From an uncultured Armatimonadia bacterium (GTDB lineage: Bacteria > Armatimonadota > Zipacnadia > CAVVLO01): a stretch of DNA of 64,000 bases. A program made the position numbers and the translations under genes. The stretch is from assembly GCA_963749155.1 (NCBI GenBank), contig CAVVLO010000001.1, positions 704,001-768,000 of the forward strand. Reading direction: 5' to 3'. The notes beneath the pieces are model-generated. The model did no database searches. It had not been told where the DNA came from and was given only the letters and a program-made list of their open reading frames with translations. Position 1 is the first letter of the stretch, and each line of letters begins with the position of its first letter. This document shows, in pieces, positions 19,626 through 29,978 of this stretch.

Positions 19626-20506
19626 TTAGAGCGCGAAGACCTTCGCGATGACGGCTGATAGCACCGTCACTAGCGCTGCAACCGCCAAGGCCGGTAGGGG
19701 AAGACCGTTGGATTCGTCCGGGCTACGCCCCAGCGAGTACGCAACGCTAAGTACCTCCCCGGTATGCGCATCAATATCAGCGGAGTAGCTCTCGTACTCA
19801 ACGCCCGACAACTCCAGACGCCAAAGCAGTCGGGCATCGCCAGGCGCAACAGGCCAGATCTCCAGGTCACTTTCATCGAGGGTAACCTGATCTGAGACCT
19901 CGGCGGCAACCAGAGCAGTTGCTTGCGTTACTGGTGAGATCGGGCGTGGCCGAGGGCAGGGAGCCCGGTGCCCGCGTGAACGCCAGACCAAGTACCCGTC
20001 CACCGTTGTCGACCTTGAACACCCAGTCTGGCAAGCCAGGTACATCGCCATCATAACGCCGCCACTCGACAGAGCGCCCACTGAATCTACTGCCTGGCTG
20101 CACCATCAGCACGTCGGTACCGAGTGGGGTCGGCAGGCCCAACGCCTGCGCATACTGAGACAGGAACTGGCTAGCGCGCGCCGTGGCCTCCGCATCGCTT
20201 GTCACCGGCGTCGCGCCCTGGTTAAATGGCGCTGTCGCCCGACGGACAAATCAGCCCAAGGAAGGCACCATCGCTATCGGCGACCCATAAGAATACGTCC
20301 TCTGTTCGCCACTCCTCAGAGCCCTGCAGTGGGTCCAGGAACTGGTGCATGCAGTACATCCCGTCAGTCGCCAACCCAAGTGAGGTCGCATAACTCTCCG
20401 CAGCAGTCTGCTGCAAGGCTTGTGCTGCTCCAGTATGCAGCACGAGGCCAGCGACCAGCATAAGGCCGGCAGCCAGGTATGACCTGTGGTTCGACGCAAC
20501 TTGCAT
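19626..20506 (-). CDS. Secreted, C-terminally anchored PepSY/propeptide-like protein (two frameshifts)
   Basis: Fragments 20222..20506, 19873..20205 and 19626..20081 join: signal peptide, SDAEATARASQFL, RLLWRLEL...IDAHTGEVL, TM tail. Confidence 0.6.
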
Positions 20507-20595
20507 TCGACTCCCCTCCTATTCGGCCAGCCAGACGGTAACATTGCCATCGCCAAAGACTTCGTAGTTCCCTTGTCCTGCTTTGTTCGCCTGTG

Positions 20596-21541
20596 TCACG
20601 CCGTGCGCTTGGTCCGCCTTGACCAAAGCACTACTCCCACCAGGACTAGAATCGTCAGTGTCCCGGCGATGGTTGGGGGCCAGTCCACGAGCGGCCTTGA
20701 GGGCTCCTCTTCGGTGGCATCGGGTGCGGGTGGAGGTGGCACCGGCGCCGACAGCGGATCTTCGTGGACTGCGAATATGAGCACGTCGCCGGTGATGGCA
20801 TCTACCCAGCCTTCTGCGTAAGGGCCATCAGGGTCTGATGTCTTCAGGACTATCTCCCAGCGCAGCCGGTCACCGCGCTCGGGCCACGGCAAGCAGCATT
20901 ATGGTGGCTTCCCAAAGCTCATACTTCCCCCAGCCCTTGAGCCTGGCGAGCAGGCGCTCACGCGCCTCGTAGGCGGTGAGCTTCGCTGTAGTCTGAAGTG
21001 GTGGATGAGCCCTAAGGAAGGTCAGTTCTTCGATGGCGCCCGAACGGCCAACCAGCACGCGCCAGATAGGGACTCCGTAGATGCTGTTGTGCGCAGACAG
21101 GAAGCTCACCCACCAGCCCTTTGCGAACTCGCTGTTCTCATACCGGGCGTTAGTCTGCACCTCGGCTGCAGGCACATCAACGAACAGCTTCGGTCCCTGC
21201 GAGGCGAGGAACTCGCGCGCCCGCTCGATTGCCTGCCCCTTGGACCACACTCGGTGTGTGCTACGGTTGAAGGGAAGGTCTCTTTTGAACTGATAACTCA
21301 GCGGTTCTCCAGCATCATCCAACTGGATCTCCCACTGCGCATTTCCGTATCGCTCGCCGAGGCCGAACTTGCTGTCAGTGGGTTCTGGGCCACGCAGGTT
21401 GGGAGGCGCTTCTACTCCCAGGTTGGCGGCTAGCTGGTCCACGGCCGCCTGGTGGCGAGGAGTACTGACCTCGGCCCATCCAACCAGGTCGATCAGCCCT
21501 GCAACCACCACGACTAGCCCCAGCGTCCAGCTAATTTTCAT
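20596..21541 (-). CDS. Paralogous PepSY/propeptide-like membrane-anchored protein (frameshift near 20890)
   Basis: Signal peptide, SKGQAIERAREFL, RLRWEIVL...VDAITGDVL, Pro-rich linker, TM helix, RRTKR. Confidence 0.62.
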
Positions 21542-21687
21542 GCGGCACACCCTTTGGGTGATGCATAGGGACACTTCCATTTTAGCACGAGGTTTACGCC
21601 ACGTGACCAGAAGCGGGTTTCCTTCTCAAGGCTGGGAACGCGCGTCGGCGCTGGCAGGATTCCTCACTGAAATCTTTGCCTTCCCCC

Positions 21688-21722
21688 TTGACACCCGCCA
21701 GAGAAGTGGTATAGTAATACCA
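21688..21722 (+). promoter_or_regulatory. Sigma70-type promoter with overlapping inverted repeat (candidate Rrf2 operator)
   Basis: TTGACA-16-TATAGT with extended TGn; TGGTAT-AGTA-ATACCA at 21707-21722. Confidence 0.6.
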
Positions 21723-21744
21723 GAATACTTGAATGGAGGTTCTT

Positions 21745-22218
21745 ATGCAGAAGCTACTGCAGATCTCGGATGCCGCATCGCTTGCTCTGCACGCTGCCGC
21801 AACGCTTGCCGCGAACCCTGAGGAGCGCGCTTCCACTCGTCAGATGGCCCAGTTGCTCGAAGCCTCCGAGGCGCACCTGGCCAAAGTGATGCAACGCCTC
21901 GTCCACACGGGCCTGGTCACGAGTGTCCGCGGCCCAGGGGGCGGTTTTACGCTGGCCCGGCCGGCCGATGAGATAACTCTGATGCACATCTTCGAGGCCA
22001 TCGAAGGGCCCTTCCAGCCCTCGACCTGTCTGCTCGCCCGTCCTGCCTGCAACGGCACCGGCTGCCTGCTCGGGGGGATGCTCGGAGAGCTCAACACGAC
22101 CTTCGAGGACTATTTCCGTCAGCATACCCTTGCCGACCTGGCGCCTGGCACCTGGCTAACTACGTTGAAGCAGCTACCCCAAGGTAAAACGCCAGCTACC
22201 CCGTCGGCTGATCACTAG
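21745..22218 (+). CDS. Rrf2 family transcriptional regulator (three-Cys, Fe-S type)
   Basis: HLAKVMQRL, SVRGPGGGFTLARPADEITL, CLLARPACNGTGC. Confidence 0.92.
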   Translation: MQKLLQISDAASLALHAAATLAANPEERASTRQMAQLLEASEAHLAKVMQRLVHTGLVTSVRGPGGGFTLARPADEITLMHIFEAIEGPFQPSTCLLARPACNGTGCLLGGMLGELNTTFEDYFRQHTLADLAPGTWLTTLKQLPQGKTPATPSADH

Positions 22219-22251
22219 CACTGCCAAATTAACCCTGTGGAGGGATGAACT

Positions 22252-23898
22252 ATGTTCTGTTATCAGTGTGAGCAAACCGCCAAAGGCACCGGTTGCAATA
22301 TCTCCGGTGTCTGCGGCAAGAGTCCCGAGGTCGCTGACCTGCAAGACCTGCTGCTGTATGCCGCCAAGGGCATCGCGCAGTACACCTCGCGCGCCCGTAA
22401 ACTCGGCAAGACCAGTGAGAAGATTGACAAGTTCCTCGTCGAGGCGCTGTTCACGACCGTGACCAACGTCAACTTCGACCCCGACCGGCTGGTTGAACTG
22501 CTGCAACGGGCTGGCAAGAAGAAAGCCAAGGCGAAGGCCCTCTACCTCGAAGCCGCTGCCGCAGCGGGTGTCACGCCCGAGGAGCTGCACGGCCCCGCCG
22601 ACTGGGAACCCGCCTGCTGTCTCGAGCCACTTCTCGAACAGGCCAAAGCCGCCTCCATCCCAGGTCGCCTGGAGTCGCTTGGCGCCGACGTAACCGGCCT
22701 GCAGGAACTCGCGATGTACGGCCTCAAAGGCGCGGCGGCCTACGCTGACCATGCTTATGTACTGGGCAAGTGGAACGATGAGGTCTTCCAGGGCTTCGAG
22801 AACGCCCTGGCGTACCTGGCCGACGACCCGACCGACATCGGCGACCTGCTGGCTTTCAACCTCGGCCTGGGCGAGCTCAACCTCAAAGTGATGCAACTAC
22901 TCGATGGCGCCAATACGGGCGCTTACGGAAATCCCGTGCCGACCGCAGTGCGCATCCATCCGGTGAAGGGCAAGGCCATCCTGGTCTCTGGCCACGACTT
23001 GAAAGACCTCGAATTGCTGCTGCAGCAGACCGAGGGCAAGGGGATCAATATCTACACGCACGGCGAGATGCTTCCCGCGCATGGTTATCCCGAGCTGAAG
23101 AAGTACAAGCACCTCGTGGGCAACTACGGCGGGGCCTGGCAGGACCAGCAAAAGGAGTTCGAGGCTTTCCCAGGCGCCATCCTGATGACTACCAACTGCA
23201 TCCAGAAGCCGCGCGAGACTTACAAGGCGCGCATCTTCACCACGGGTCTTGTCGCCTGGCCTGGCGTCGAGCATATCGGCAAGGAGAAGGACTTCTCGCC
23301 GGTCATCGAAGCGGCGCTCGAGGCTGGAGGTTTTGCTGAAGACGGCCCGGACAAGACCATCCTTGTAGGCTTCGGCCACGCCGCGGTGCTGGGCGTAGCG
23401 GACAAAGTTATCGAGGCGGTGAAGACTGGCGCTATCAAGCACTTCTTCCTGATTGGAGGGTGCGACGGCGCCAAACCTGGCCGCAACTACTATACCGACT
23501 TCGCAGAGGCGGTGCCGGATGACTGCGTCATCTTGACGCTGGCCTGCGGCAAGTTCCGTTTCAACAAGCTGGAGTTCGGTGATATCGGCGGCATCCCGCG
23601 GCTGCTGGACATCGGCCAGTGCAATGACGCCTATTCGGCTATCCAGATAGCCGTCGCGCTGGCGGGCGCCTTCGAGACCGACGTCAACAGCCTGCCGCTG
23701 TCGATGATACTCTCCTGGTATGAGCAGAAAGCCTGTGCCATCCTGCTGACGCTGCTGCACCTGGGGATCAAGAACATAAAGCTCGGGCCATCGCTACCGG
23801 CCTTCGTAACTCCCGCGGCGCTGAAGGTGCTGGTTGAGAAGTTTGGCATCGCGCCCATCACGACCGTTGAAGCCGATTTGGCCGAGTGCCTTGCCTGA
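22252..23898 (+). CDS. hcp: Hydroxylamine reductase (hybrid cluster protein)
   Basis: [15 protein letters not shown]...[31 protein letters not shown]. Confidence 0.97.
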   Translation: MFCYQCEQTAKGTGCNISGVCGKSPEVADLQDLLLYAAKGIAQYTSRARKLGKTSEKIDKFLVEALFTTVTNVNFDPDRLVELLQRAGKKKAKAKALYLEAAAAAGVTPEELHGPADWEPACCLEPLLEQAKAASIPGRLESLGADVTGLQELAMYGLKGAAAYADHAYVLGKWNDEVFQGFENALAYLADDPTDIGDLLAFNLGLGELNLKVMQLLDGANTGAYGNPVPTAVRIHPVKGKAILVSGHDLKDLELLLQQTEGKGINIYTHGEMLPAHGYPELKKYKHLVGNYGGAWQDQQKEFEAFPGAILMTTNCIQKPRETYKARIFTTGLVAWPGVEHIGKEKDFSPVIEAALEAGGFAEDGPDKTILVGFGHAAVLGVADKVIEAVKTGAIKHFFLIGGCDGAKPGRNYYTDFAEAVPDDCVILTLACGKFRFNKLEFGDIGGIPRLLDIGQCNDAYSAIQIAVALAGAFETDVNSLPLSMILSWYEQKACAILLTLLHLGIKNIKLGPSLPAFVTPAALKVLVEKFGIAPITTVEADLAECLA

Positions 23899-23932
23899 GC
23901 TGAAGCTCAGTAATTACCTGGTGATTTTACAT

Positions 23933-23970
23933 AAACGGGCGTCTTTAGGGGCGCCCGTTCCTTTCCCCTT
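23933..23970 (+). terminator. Intrinsic terminator after hcp
   Basis: AACGGGCGTC-TTTAG-GGGCGCCCGTT followed by a pyrimidine tract. Confidence 0.6.
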
Positions 23971-24217
23971 TGTGGGCGGTGCGGCCAAAAGGGGCTACAA
24001 AGGCGTAAAACGGCGTAACAGGGAGGTAACCAACGGTTGTAAGGATGGGAGATCCACTTGGAAACAACCCCCCCTTGCGTGAATACCTGCGCTACAATAG
24101 TATTGGTAAGGTGGAGAGGAGAGGGCCTGTTGCACTTTGTTAAACGAATATTAAGTGCATTGGGCGCTCGAGCGCGCTTGTTGCTTAGCGACTGCGGGGC
24201 GCGTTGAGGCGGCTTAT

Positions 24218-26618
24218 ATGTCCGAAGTACTTACACAACCTGCTGTCGAGATACTGCTGCTGAGTCTTATCACGGTCTTGGCCCTGTGGGCCATGCATGT
24301 CCAGGGATTACGCAAACAGATAGCCGATAAACGTAATGAGATTGCGCGGCAAGAAGACCAGGTTGTTCAGCTCCAGGCCGAACGCGCCGCCATGCGCGGT
24401 GATGTGCTACTTGCAGATGAAGCCCTGAGACACACCAGTTGCGCTCTGGTGGCATGCGACAAGAAGGGGCGCCTCCTGCTTGCCAATGAGGCAGCCGAAG
24501 CGCTGCTTCACCTCGATGTACAATCTACCAACCTGCTGGCGCCCGAGTGGCTCAACCATTTCCGAAGCGAACTGGTTTCCGATGTTGCCGGGCAGGAAGC
24601 TTTGCTTCCTCATATGCAGGTCCTGAACGGCAATGGCCAGGCAGCTTCTTCTTCCGCGCTGGTACAAGACAAGGCCCGTTCCGGCTGGATAGAAATATAT
24701 GCCTGCCCTCCGCGCAGAGGCTGCCAGGTGCCTGCGAGTGTCTTCTTGCAGGCCCATGATGTCACCGAGCAAATCCAGCGCCAGCTCGAGCTGGGTAAAG
24801 AGATTGCCCGATGGCAAGAGCTTATCAACGATCTTCCCGCCCTGGTATGGATCTCGGATGCCGATTTTGGGCTGCTGATGGCCAGCAAAGAATGGGAAAG
24901 TGTGCTTGGCCAAAAGCCCGAAGCAATGCTTGGCCAGGCCTGGCTCGAGCTGGTGCATCCGGTAGATTTACCCGACCTTAAACAGCAATGGCGCGAAGCG
25001 GCGCGTACCCGGACCAGCCTCGATCTCCAACTCAGGCTTCGCAATGCTGAAGGAGACTGGCGCTGGTTCAGGATGACAGGGCACCCTCAAGGGGAGCCAG
25101 GCAAAGGATTTGCGGGTTTTGTGGGGTGTTGTCTGGGTTCTGATGTTGCAGGTCAGGGCGGAGACGAACTCGGGATGTACCGGATTATCGCCGATGGGCT
25201 TGGCGAAGCGATGCTTATCATTGATGAGGATGGCTTTGTACTGCATGCCAACCGGATGGCCGAGCGGCTTTATGGATGCAGCCGCGAGCAGCTTATTGGG
25301 ACCAAGATCCAGGAACTGCGGGTCGAAAATACAGGGCCAAGCCTGTCCGATATCGCCACAACCGCGGGGGCTGAAGGATTGCTTTACGAAGTGCGCCACA
25401 AGCGCCTGAATGGAGCAGTCTTTACCGCCGAAGTACGCAGCAATGTAATAGAGCTGGGTGGCAAGCAGTTCTTCATTGCCTTTGTGAGAGATGTAGGGCC
25501 CAGGCGCGCCGCCCAGGAAGAGCTACGCGAGGAGCGAGAGCGCTTCCATGCCGCCCTCCAGTCTGCCGGGCAATCCTACCTCTCTGCTGGAAAACCACCA
25601 GCTTCGATTCGTAAACCAGGCTATGACTGAGTGCTTTGGGCCATATAAGGGCCAGCCTTGTTATAGTTATCTGCTGGGCTCTGCCAAACCCTGCGCTGGT
25701 TGCAGGACTGATAATCCTGCCTGCGAGCAAGCCTCTGCCAACGGAGTATGGGCTTCTCCCGATCAAGCTCGCTGGTATAAGGCAAGCGTTACTCGCTTGC
25801 GCGTTTCGGCAGGCACTCCGGAGTTTCTCCTCGTGTTGCATGATGTCACAAAGGCACGTGAGGACGAAGAGGCCTGGAGACTTACGAATGAAGCCCTCGA
25901 GGCAAGAGTCAACGAGCGGACAGTGCAGCTTCAAGAGGCCAACAAGGAGCTTGAAAGCTTCGCTTATTCGGTATCTCACGATCTGCGCGCTCCGTTGCGC
26001 ACTCTGAATGGCTTTTCGAAGATACTGCTGCGCCAGCCAGATGAGAGCCTGAGCGACCAAACGGTCCATTATCTGGAGCTTATCAACAAGAGCGCCCTGC
26101 GGATGGACCAGCTTGTGTCGGGCCTGCTCGAGTATTCCAGGACAGGCCGGGCTGCGATGCATCCTGATTGGGTAGCGCCTGATGGCATAGTGCAGGAATT
26201 GATGGAAGAACTGGGGATGCAATATCCAACAGCCACAATATTGGCCGAAGCTCTGCCCCGTTGCTGGGCTGACCGTCAGTTGCTGCGGCAAGTACTGCAA
26301 AACCTGCTCGGTAACGCTTTGAAGTTTTCCTCCAAGCGTTCTGATGCGGTCATACAGGTCGGTGCCAAGCGGAACGGCGAAGAAGTTATCTATTTTGTCA
26401 GCGACAATGGAGAAGGCTTCGACCCCACCTATTCTGACCGGCTCTTCCGGGTATTCCAGCGTCTGCACACTGAAGAGGACTACGAGGGCACAGGGATAGG
26501 ACTTGCCATAGTTGGAAGCATCATCACCAGACATGGTGGTCGAGTCTGGGCAGAATCCAAACCGAACGAAGGCGCTACTTTCTTCTTCACCCTGCCAGGG
26601 GGAGAACATAATGGCTGA
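24218..26618 (+). CDS. Multi-PAS sensor histidine kinase; frameshift near 25575
   Basis: N-terminal TM helix, PAS motifs (VHPVD, GDWRWF), FAYSVSHDLRAPLR, GTGIGL. Confidence 0.88.
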
Positions 26619-27069
26619 GACCTACACGCTGGTTGTCGTTGAAGACAATCCTGATGAGCTCGAGTTGCTGATGTATGCGCTCCGCGAGCATGCAAAAGAT
26701 GAGACGGTAAGGGCCTTGCGAGATGGCGCCCAGGCGCTGGAGTTTGCTTTTGGAGAAGCAACACGCACAGCGCGCCGGACTTTTGGCTTGCCCAGGCTTG
26801 TACTCCTTGATCTCAAGCTGCCCAAAGTCGGTGGTCTCGATGTGCTTGCCAAGCTCAGGAGCGATCCGGACTGGTGCGCCGTCCCTATAATCGTACTTAG
26901 CGCCTCCAACCAGCAAAGCGATATCACTCGCGCCTATGAGCTGGGGGCAAGCAGTTACCTCGTGAAGCCTGTCGACCTGGATGAGTTTACCGAGCTTATA
27001 CAGCTTGTGGTCACTTATTGGCTCAGGACGAATCGGACGCCAATGCCGGTCATACAGCCGGGAGGATAG
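26611..27069 (+). CDS. Single-domain response regulator (Rcp1-like)
   Basis: VVEDNPDE, PRLVLLDLKLPKVGG, GASSYLVKPVD, YWL. Confidence 0.92.
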   Translation: MAETYTLVVVEDNPDELELLMYALREHAKDETVRALRDGAQALEFAFGEATRTARRTFGLPRLVLLDLKLPKVGGLDVLAKLRSDPDWCAVPIIVLSASNQQSDITRAYELGASSYLVKPVDLDEFTELIQLVVTYWLRTNRTPMPVIQPGG

Positions 27070-27073
27070 CCTG

Positions 27074-28225
27074 ATGGGTGAGGCAAGCTTGAATATGCTG
27101 ATGGTGGAAGACAGTCTGGCCGATGCCGAACTGACGGCGGCTGAACTAAGGGAATACTGGCCAGAGCTGACCTGGAAGCGCGTTGAACGGGCCGAATCCT
27201 TCGTGGCTGCCCTTGCCGAAGAGCCTGACATCATCATCTGTGATTATAGTCTGCCAGGTTTTAACGCGCCTGCGGCAATAAAACTGTTGAAGGAAAGCGG
27301 CAAAGACATCCCCCTGATTGTAGTCACAGGCCAGGTGGGAGAAGAAGCCGCCGTTAATTGTGTGCGCGAAGGGGCGGCCGACTGCCTTTTGAAAGATCGC
27401 CTGGTAAGGCTGGGCGAAGCAGTGCGGTCTGCTCTCGAGGCGAAGCGCCTTCGACTTGAGCAACGCCGTTCTACTGCCCTGCTTCAGGCGAGTGAAGAAC
27501 GGCTACGGCGCGTTTTTGACGCGACCCAGGATGCCATTATTCTTTTCGATTACGATGAGGACCACTGCCTGGGCAGGCTGCTTGAGGCTAATAGTGCAGC
27601 TGGGAGAATGCTGGGTGGGGGCGTAGAGCGAATAATCGGCTTGCATGCCAGCGATTTTTTGAGGTGGGGCAAGAATCATGGCCCCCAGACCGGGCAGGAT
27701 TTGCTTGCAAAGGGACACCTTTCCTGTGAGGCAACCATTATCACCAAATCTGGGGCTGAACGGGCGGCTCTTCTCACAGGGACGGTACTCGACCTGGGGG
27801 ATGCGCCAGTTGTTATGGTGCTGGCCCACGACCTGTCCGAACGTAAACGCGCCGCATTAATGCTGGCCCAGTCAGAACTCGACCGCGAGGCTTTCTTCGA
27901 GCACTGTCCGGAAGGTATTTTCCGGGTAAATCCCAGGTGGATTCTATTGGACGCTAATCCTGCTCTGGCCGAGTTGCTTGGTCATCCTGATCCTGCCTTG
28001 ATGGCGGGGTTGAGTCTGCCTCGAGATGTGTTTGCCGATCCTGATGAGGCTGACCAGTTGATAAAAGAAGTCGAACATGTCGGACTCATTCACAACCGGA
28101 TAGTGAGGTGGCGCACAGAGGGGGGAGACCTTATCGAGGTCTTGTTGTCGGCTCAACTGCTTGCCGAAGCCGACGGCCTGGCCTACCAGCTAGTCGGTTT
28201 CGTTCGCCCTGTCCCTGAACACTAG
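27074..28225 (+). CDS. Response regulator receiver plus two PAS domains
   Basis: MVEDSLADAE, ICDYSLPGF, GAADCLLKDRL, then two PAS-like domains. Confidence 0.85.
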   Translation: MGEASLNMLMVEDSLADAELTAAELREYWPELTWKRVERAESFVAALAEEPDIIICDYSLPGFNAPAAIKLLKESGKDIPLIVVTGQVGEEAAVNCVREGAADCLLKDRLVRLGEAVRSALEAKRLRLEQRRSTALLQASEERLRRVFDATQDAIILFDYDEDHCLGRLLEANSAAGRMLGGGVERIIGLHASDFLRWGKNHGPQTGQDLLAKGHLSCEATIITKSGAERAALLTGTVLDLGDAPVVMVLAHDLSERKRAALMLAQSELDREAFFEHCPEGIFRVNPRWILLDANPALAELLGHPDPALMAGLSLPRDVFADPDEADQLIKEVEHVGLIHNRIVRWRTEGGDLIEVLLSAQLLAEADGLAYQLVGFVRPVPEH

Positions 28226-28254
28226 CTCTTACCAACCAGGCACAGTAACAGGAG

Positions 28255-28280
28255 GACGCCTTCGGGCGTCTTTCTTTTTG
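28255..28280 (+). terminator. Intrinsic terminator
   Basis: GACGCC-TTCG-GGCGTC-TTTCTTTTT. Confidence 0.8.
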
Positions 28281-28519
28281 GGTCCTCCAGGCAACAAACC
28301 AACCTTGAAATCACAAAAGGACCCTCTTTTAGCGTAATAATTTATAAACACATATTGATAAAAGACCAAGGAAGTATTGTCCAGACGCTAAGCGCTGGCT
28401 ACGAATCACTCCTCACAAGCGCTTCTAGCCTGCGAAAAATAAGTCGAGTCATTCTGTTGGCAGAATGGTTGCAGTTTGGAAACCCAGAGTTATACTGCAT
28501 CGAGGAGTTGATGCAGCCT

Positions 28520-29125
28520 ATGATGAAGTTACTCCTATATGCCGCGCTTGCAGTGGGCTTTTGCCTGACTTGTGGTATTGCTTCTGCTAATCCCTTCAGC
28601 GTCACTTACATTGGAGAGACTGAAGCTGGTGCTGATGAAACCTGGGACCTTGCCTGGCAGGTAGTGTGGACCCACACTGGCGGTGAACATGTCGATTATG
28701 TCTGGTTTGGCATAAGCGACAATGTGATGAGTGAGGATATAACGAACATCATCATCCCCTGGGGAGGGGACTACATTACTACTCCGGGTCTGGATTACTA
28801 TGTCGGAGTAGCTGATGATCCTTACTTCGTGCCGGAAGGCGCTCATGCACTGCTTTGGACTCTCTCCCCTCGCCGCACCAATGTAGTGGTAGGGGTTTCT
28901 ATCCTCGATGCAGGTGATATGCATCAGACAGGGGAGGTTGCCATAGGAGTCGGAGGCCAGAAGTTGAAGCCTGATATGGGAGACAACCAGTTTATCTCCT
29001 TTGGAGGAACCGGCCTGACTCCAGAGCCAGGCAGCCTGGCAGTAGTGGTAATGGGATTTGCCTTGGGGGGATATGGGCTGGCTCGCAAAAAGAGGCCCCA
29101 ACGCAGGCTTAGGGGCAGGCACTAA
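28520..29125 (+). CDS. PEP-CTERM sorting domain protein
   Basis: Signal peptide ASA|NP; C-terminal TPEPGSLAVVVMGFALGGYGLARKKR. Confidence 0.85.
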   Translation: MMKLLLYAALAVGFCLTCGIASANPFSVTYIGETEAGADETWDLAWQVVWTHTGGEHVDYVWFGISDNVMSEDITNIIIPWGGDYITTPGLDYYVGVADDPYFVPEGAHALLWTLSPRRTNVVVGVSILDAGDMHQTGEVAIGVGGQKLKPDMGDNQFISFGGTGLTPEPGSLAVVVMGFALGGYGLARKKRPQRRLRGRH

Positions 29126-29161
29126 ACATCAGGATCAGCAGTGTGCAGGGGAAACAAGATA

Positions 29162-29227
29162 TTACAGAAATTTATCTCTGTAAAAGGTTGTTTACCGGCT
29201 TGACACCGGCCAGAAATGTGGTACATT
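29162..29227 (+). promoter_or_regulatory. Sigma70-type promoter with upstream inverted repeat
   Basis: TTACAGA-N8-TCTGTAA at 29162-29183; TTGACA at 29200 and TGG-TACATT at 29219-29227. Confidence 0.55.
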
Positions 29228-29314
29228 GGAATTACGTTTCAGGTTAGAAGGAATCTGACCAACCAGTTATAACGAACGGTCTCGCGCTCCGTATGCGCGA
29301 AAAGGGTGAGTTCT

Positions 29315-29893
29315 ATGCGTAGCGTCACTCTCGTAATAATGTTGTCACTCCTGAGCCTGGCACTCTTTACGGGCCTCGCGTCAGCCAATCCATGGACCGT
29401 CAACTACATTGGCGATACCACGTGGCTTGGCGATAACGAGTGGGATCTGCAGTGGCTTGTAGCCTGGTCCGCAAGCAATGAACCACCAGAAACCGTAAGC
29501 TTTGTCTGGTTCGATGTGACGGATGATCTGCAAAGTGCCGATGTAACAAGCTGGACCGACACTGCTTATGCAGACTTCATCACTTCGAGCGGGGTCAACT
29601 ACTATATTGGCGTAGCTGATGACCCTTACGGTGTGACCGAGGGCGACAAGGTTTTCCTGTGGTTGATAAGCGACCCGGGCAACCAGTTCCTGCTCCTGAG
29701 CGCCGTTGTGGATAACGACCCGGCAATCTACTCGTTAGATAATGTCACCGGCGGCATTGGGGGTACTGAGCTTGATCCTGGTGATACGTACAACGAGTTC
29801 ACTGACCTCGGTCTGACCCCCGAGCCAGGCAGCATGGCTGTGCTGCTCTTCGGTCTGGGCGCCATGGGCCTTATCCGTCGCCGCAAGAAGTAA
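29315..29893 (+). CDS. PEP-CTERM sorting domain protein, paralog of 28520
   Basis: ASA|NPWTVNYIGD; YYIGVADDPY; TPEPGSMAVLLFGLGAMGLIRRRKK. Confidence 0.88.
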   Translation: MRSVTLVIMLSLLSLALFTGLASANPWTVNYIGDTTWLGDNEWDLQWLVAWSASNEPPETVSFVWFDVTDDLQSADVTSWTDTAYADFITSSGVNYYIGVADDPYGVTEGDKVFLWLISDPGNQFLLLSAVVDNDPAIYSLDNVTGGIGGTELDPGDTYNEFTDLGLTPEPGSMAVLLFGLGAMGLIRRRKK

Positions 29894-29922
29894 GGTTCAG
29901 TTTTTTTCACCGCCGCATATAC

Positions 29923-29954
29923 GAGGAGCTACCCCAGCGTTGGGGTAGCTCCTC
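29923..29954. terminator. Hairpin terminator between convergent genes
   Basis: GAGGAGCTACCCCA-GCGT-TGGGGTAGCTCCTC (14-bp stem). Confidence 0.75.
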
Positions 29955-29978
29955 TTGGTTTATAACTAGTAGCCTTTG

